NCBI GenBank assembly: GCA_013239625.1
Contig: MU053792.1
Location: 197,618 to 261,617 of the forward strand
Source: Lama guanicoe
Lineage: Eukaryota
Reading direction: 5' to 3'
DNA length: 64,000 bases
Part shown: in pieces, positions 63,731 through 64,000 of the stretch
How positions within the stretch are numbered: position 1 is the stretch's first letter
How the letters are laid out: every line of letters starts with the position of its first letter
Position numbers and translations under genes: made by a program
Notes under the pieces: generated by a model
Database searches by the model: none
What the model was told of the DNA's origin: nothing
The model's input: the letters and a program-made list of their open reading frames with translations, nothing else

Positions 63731-64000
63731 TTTTTTTTAATTTTTTTATTGAGTTATAGTCATTTTACAATGTTGTGTCAAGTTCCAATATAGAGCACAA
63801 TTATTCAGTTAAACATGAGCGTACATGTATTCATTGTCACATCTTTTTTCGCTGTGAGCTAACACAAGATCTTGTATATATTTCCCTGTGCTATACAGTA
63901 TAATCTTGTTTACCTATCCTGCATATGCCTGTCAGTATCTACAAATTCTGAACTCCCAGTCTATCCCTTCCCACCCCCCTTCCCCTTGGCAACCACAAGT
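63731..64000 (-). mobile_element. L1 3'-end (runs off the right window edge)
   Basis: tttttattgagttatagtcattttacaatgttgtgtca... same family. Confidence 0.85.

Overview
Mammalian genomic DNA, very likely camelid (it carries a Vic-1-type tRNA-Ala SINE and repeated lineage-type L1 3' ends). The window covers the inflammatory caspase cluster, all on the minus strand, in the order CASP1 -> CASP4 (CASP11/CASP13 orthologue) -> CASP12. CASP1 is intact (9 coding exons, 404 aa, 37623-49394). CASP4 is intact in frame (8 coding exons, 370 aa, 21983-35776). CASP12 is represented only by exons 1-2, which look inactivated (GTG at the start position, frameshift, dead splice donor). No CASP5 lies between CASP1 and CASP4, and no CARD-only gene is visible in the ~14.5 kb upstream of CASP1. 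The rest is L1 (including one near-full-length degenerate copy), L2/MIR/MER/MLT relics, microsatellites and a U6-L1 chimeric retrocopy. The most interesting signals are changes in the regulatory parts of otherwise intact caspases: (i) a net 6-aa deletion in the LPS-sensing CARD of CASP4; (ii) a compensated double frameshift in CASP1 exon 3 that erases the D103-type linker cleavage site; (iii) a CpG-rich, ICEBERG-like CASP1 CARD exon; (iv) candidate CARD-only/poison exons; (v) only ~1.3 kb between CASP1 and CASP4, with splice phases compatible with CASP1/4 hybrids. Cross-species comparisons are from recalled reference sequences and need alignment to confirm.
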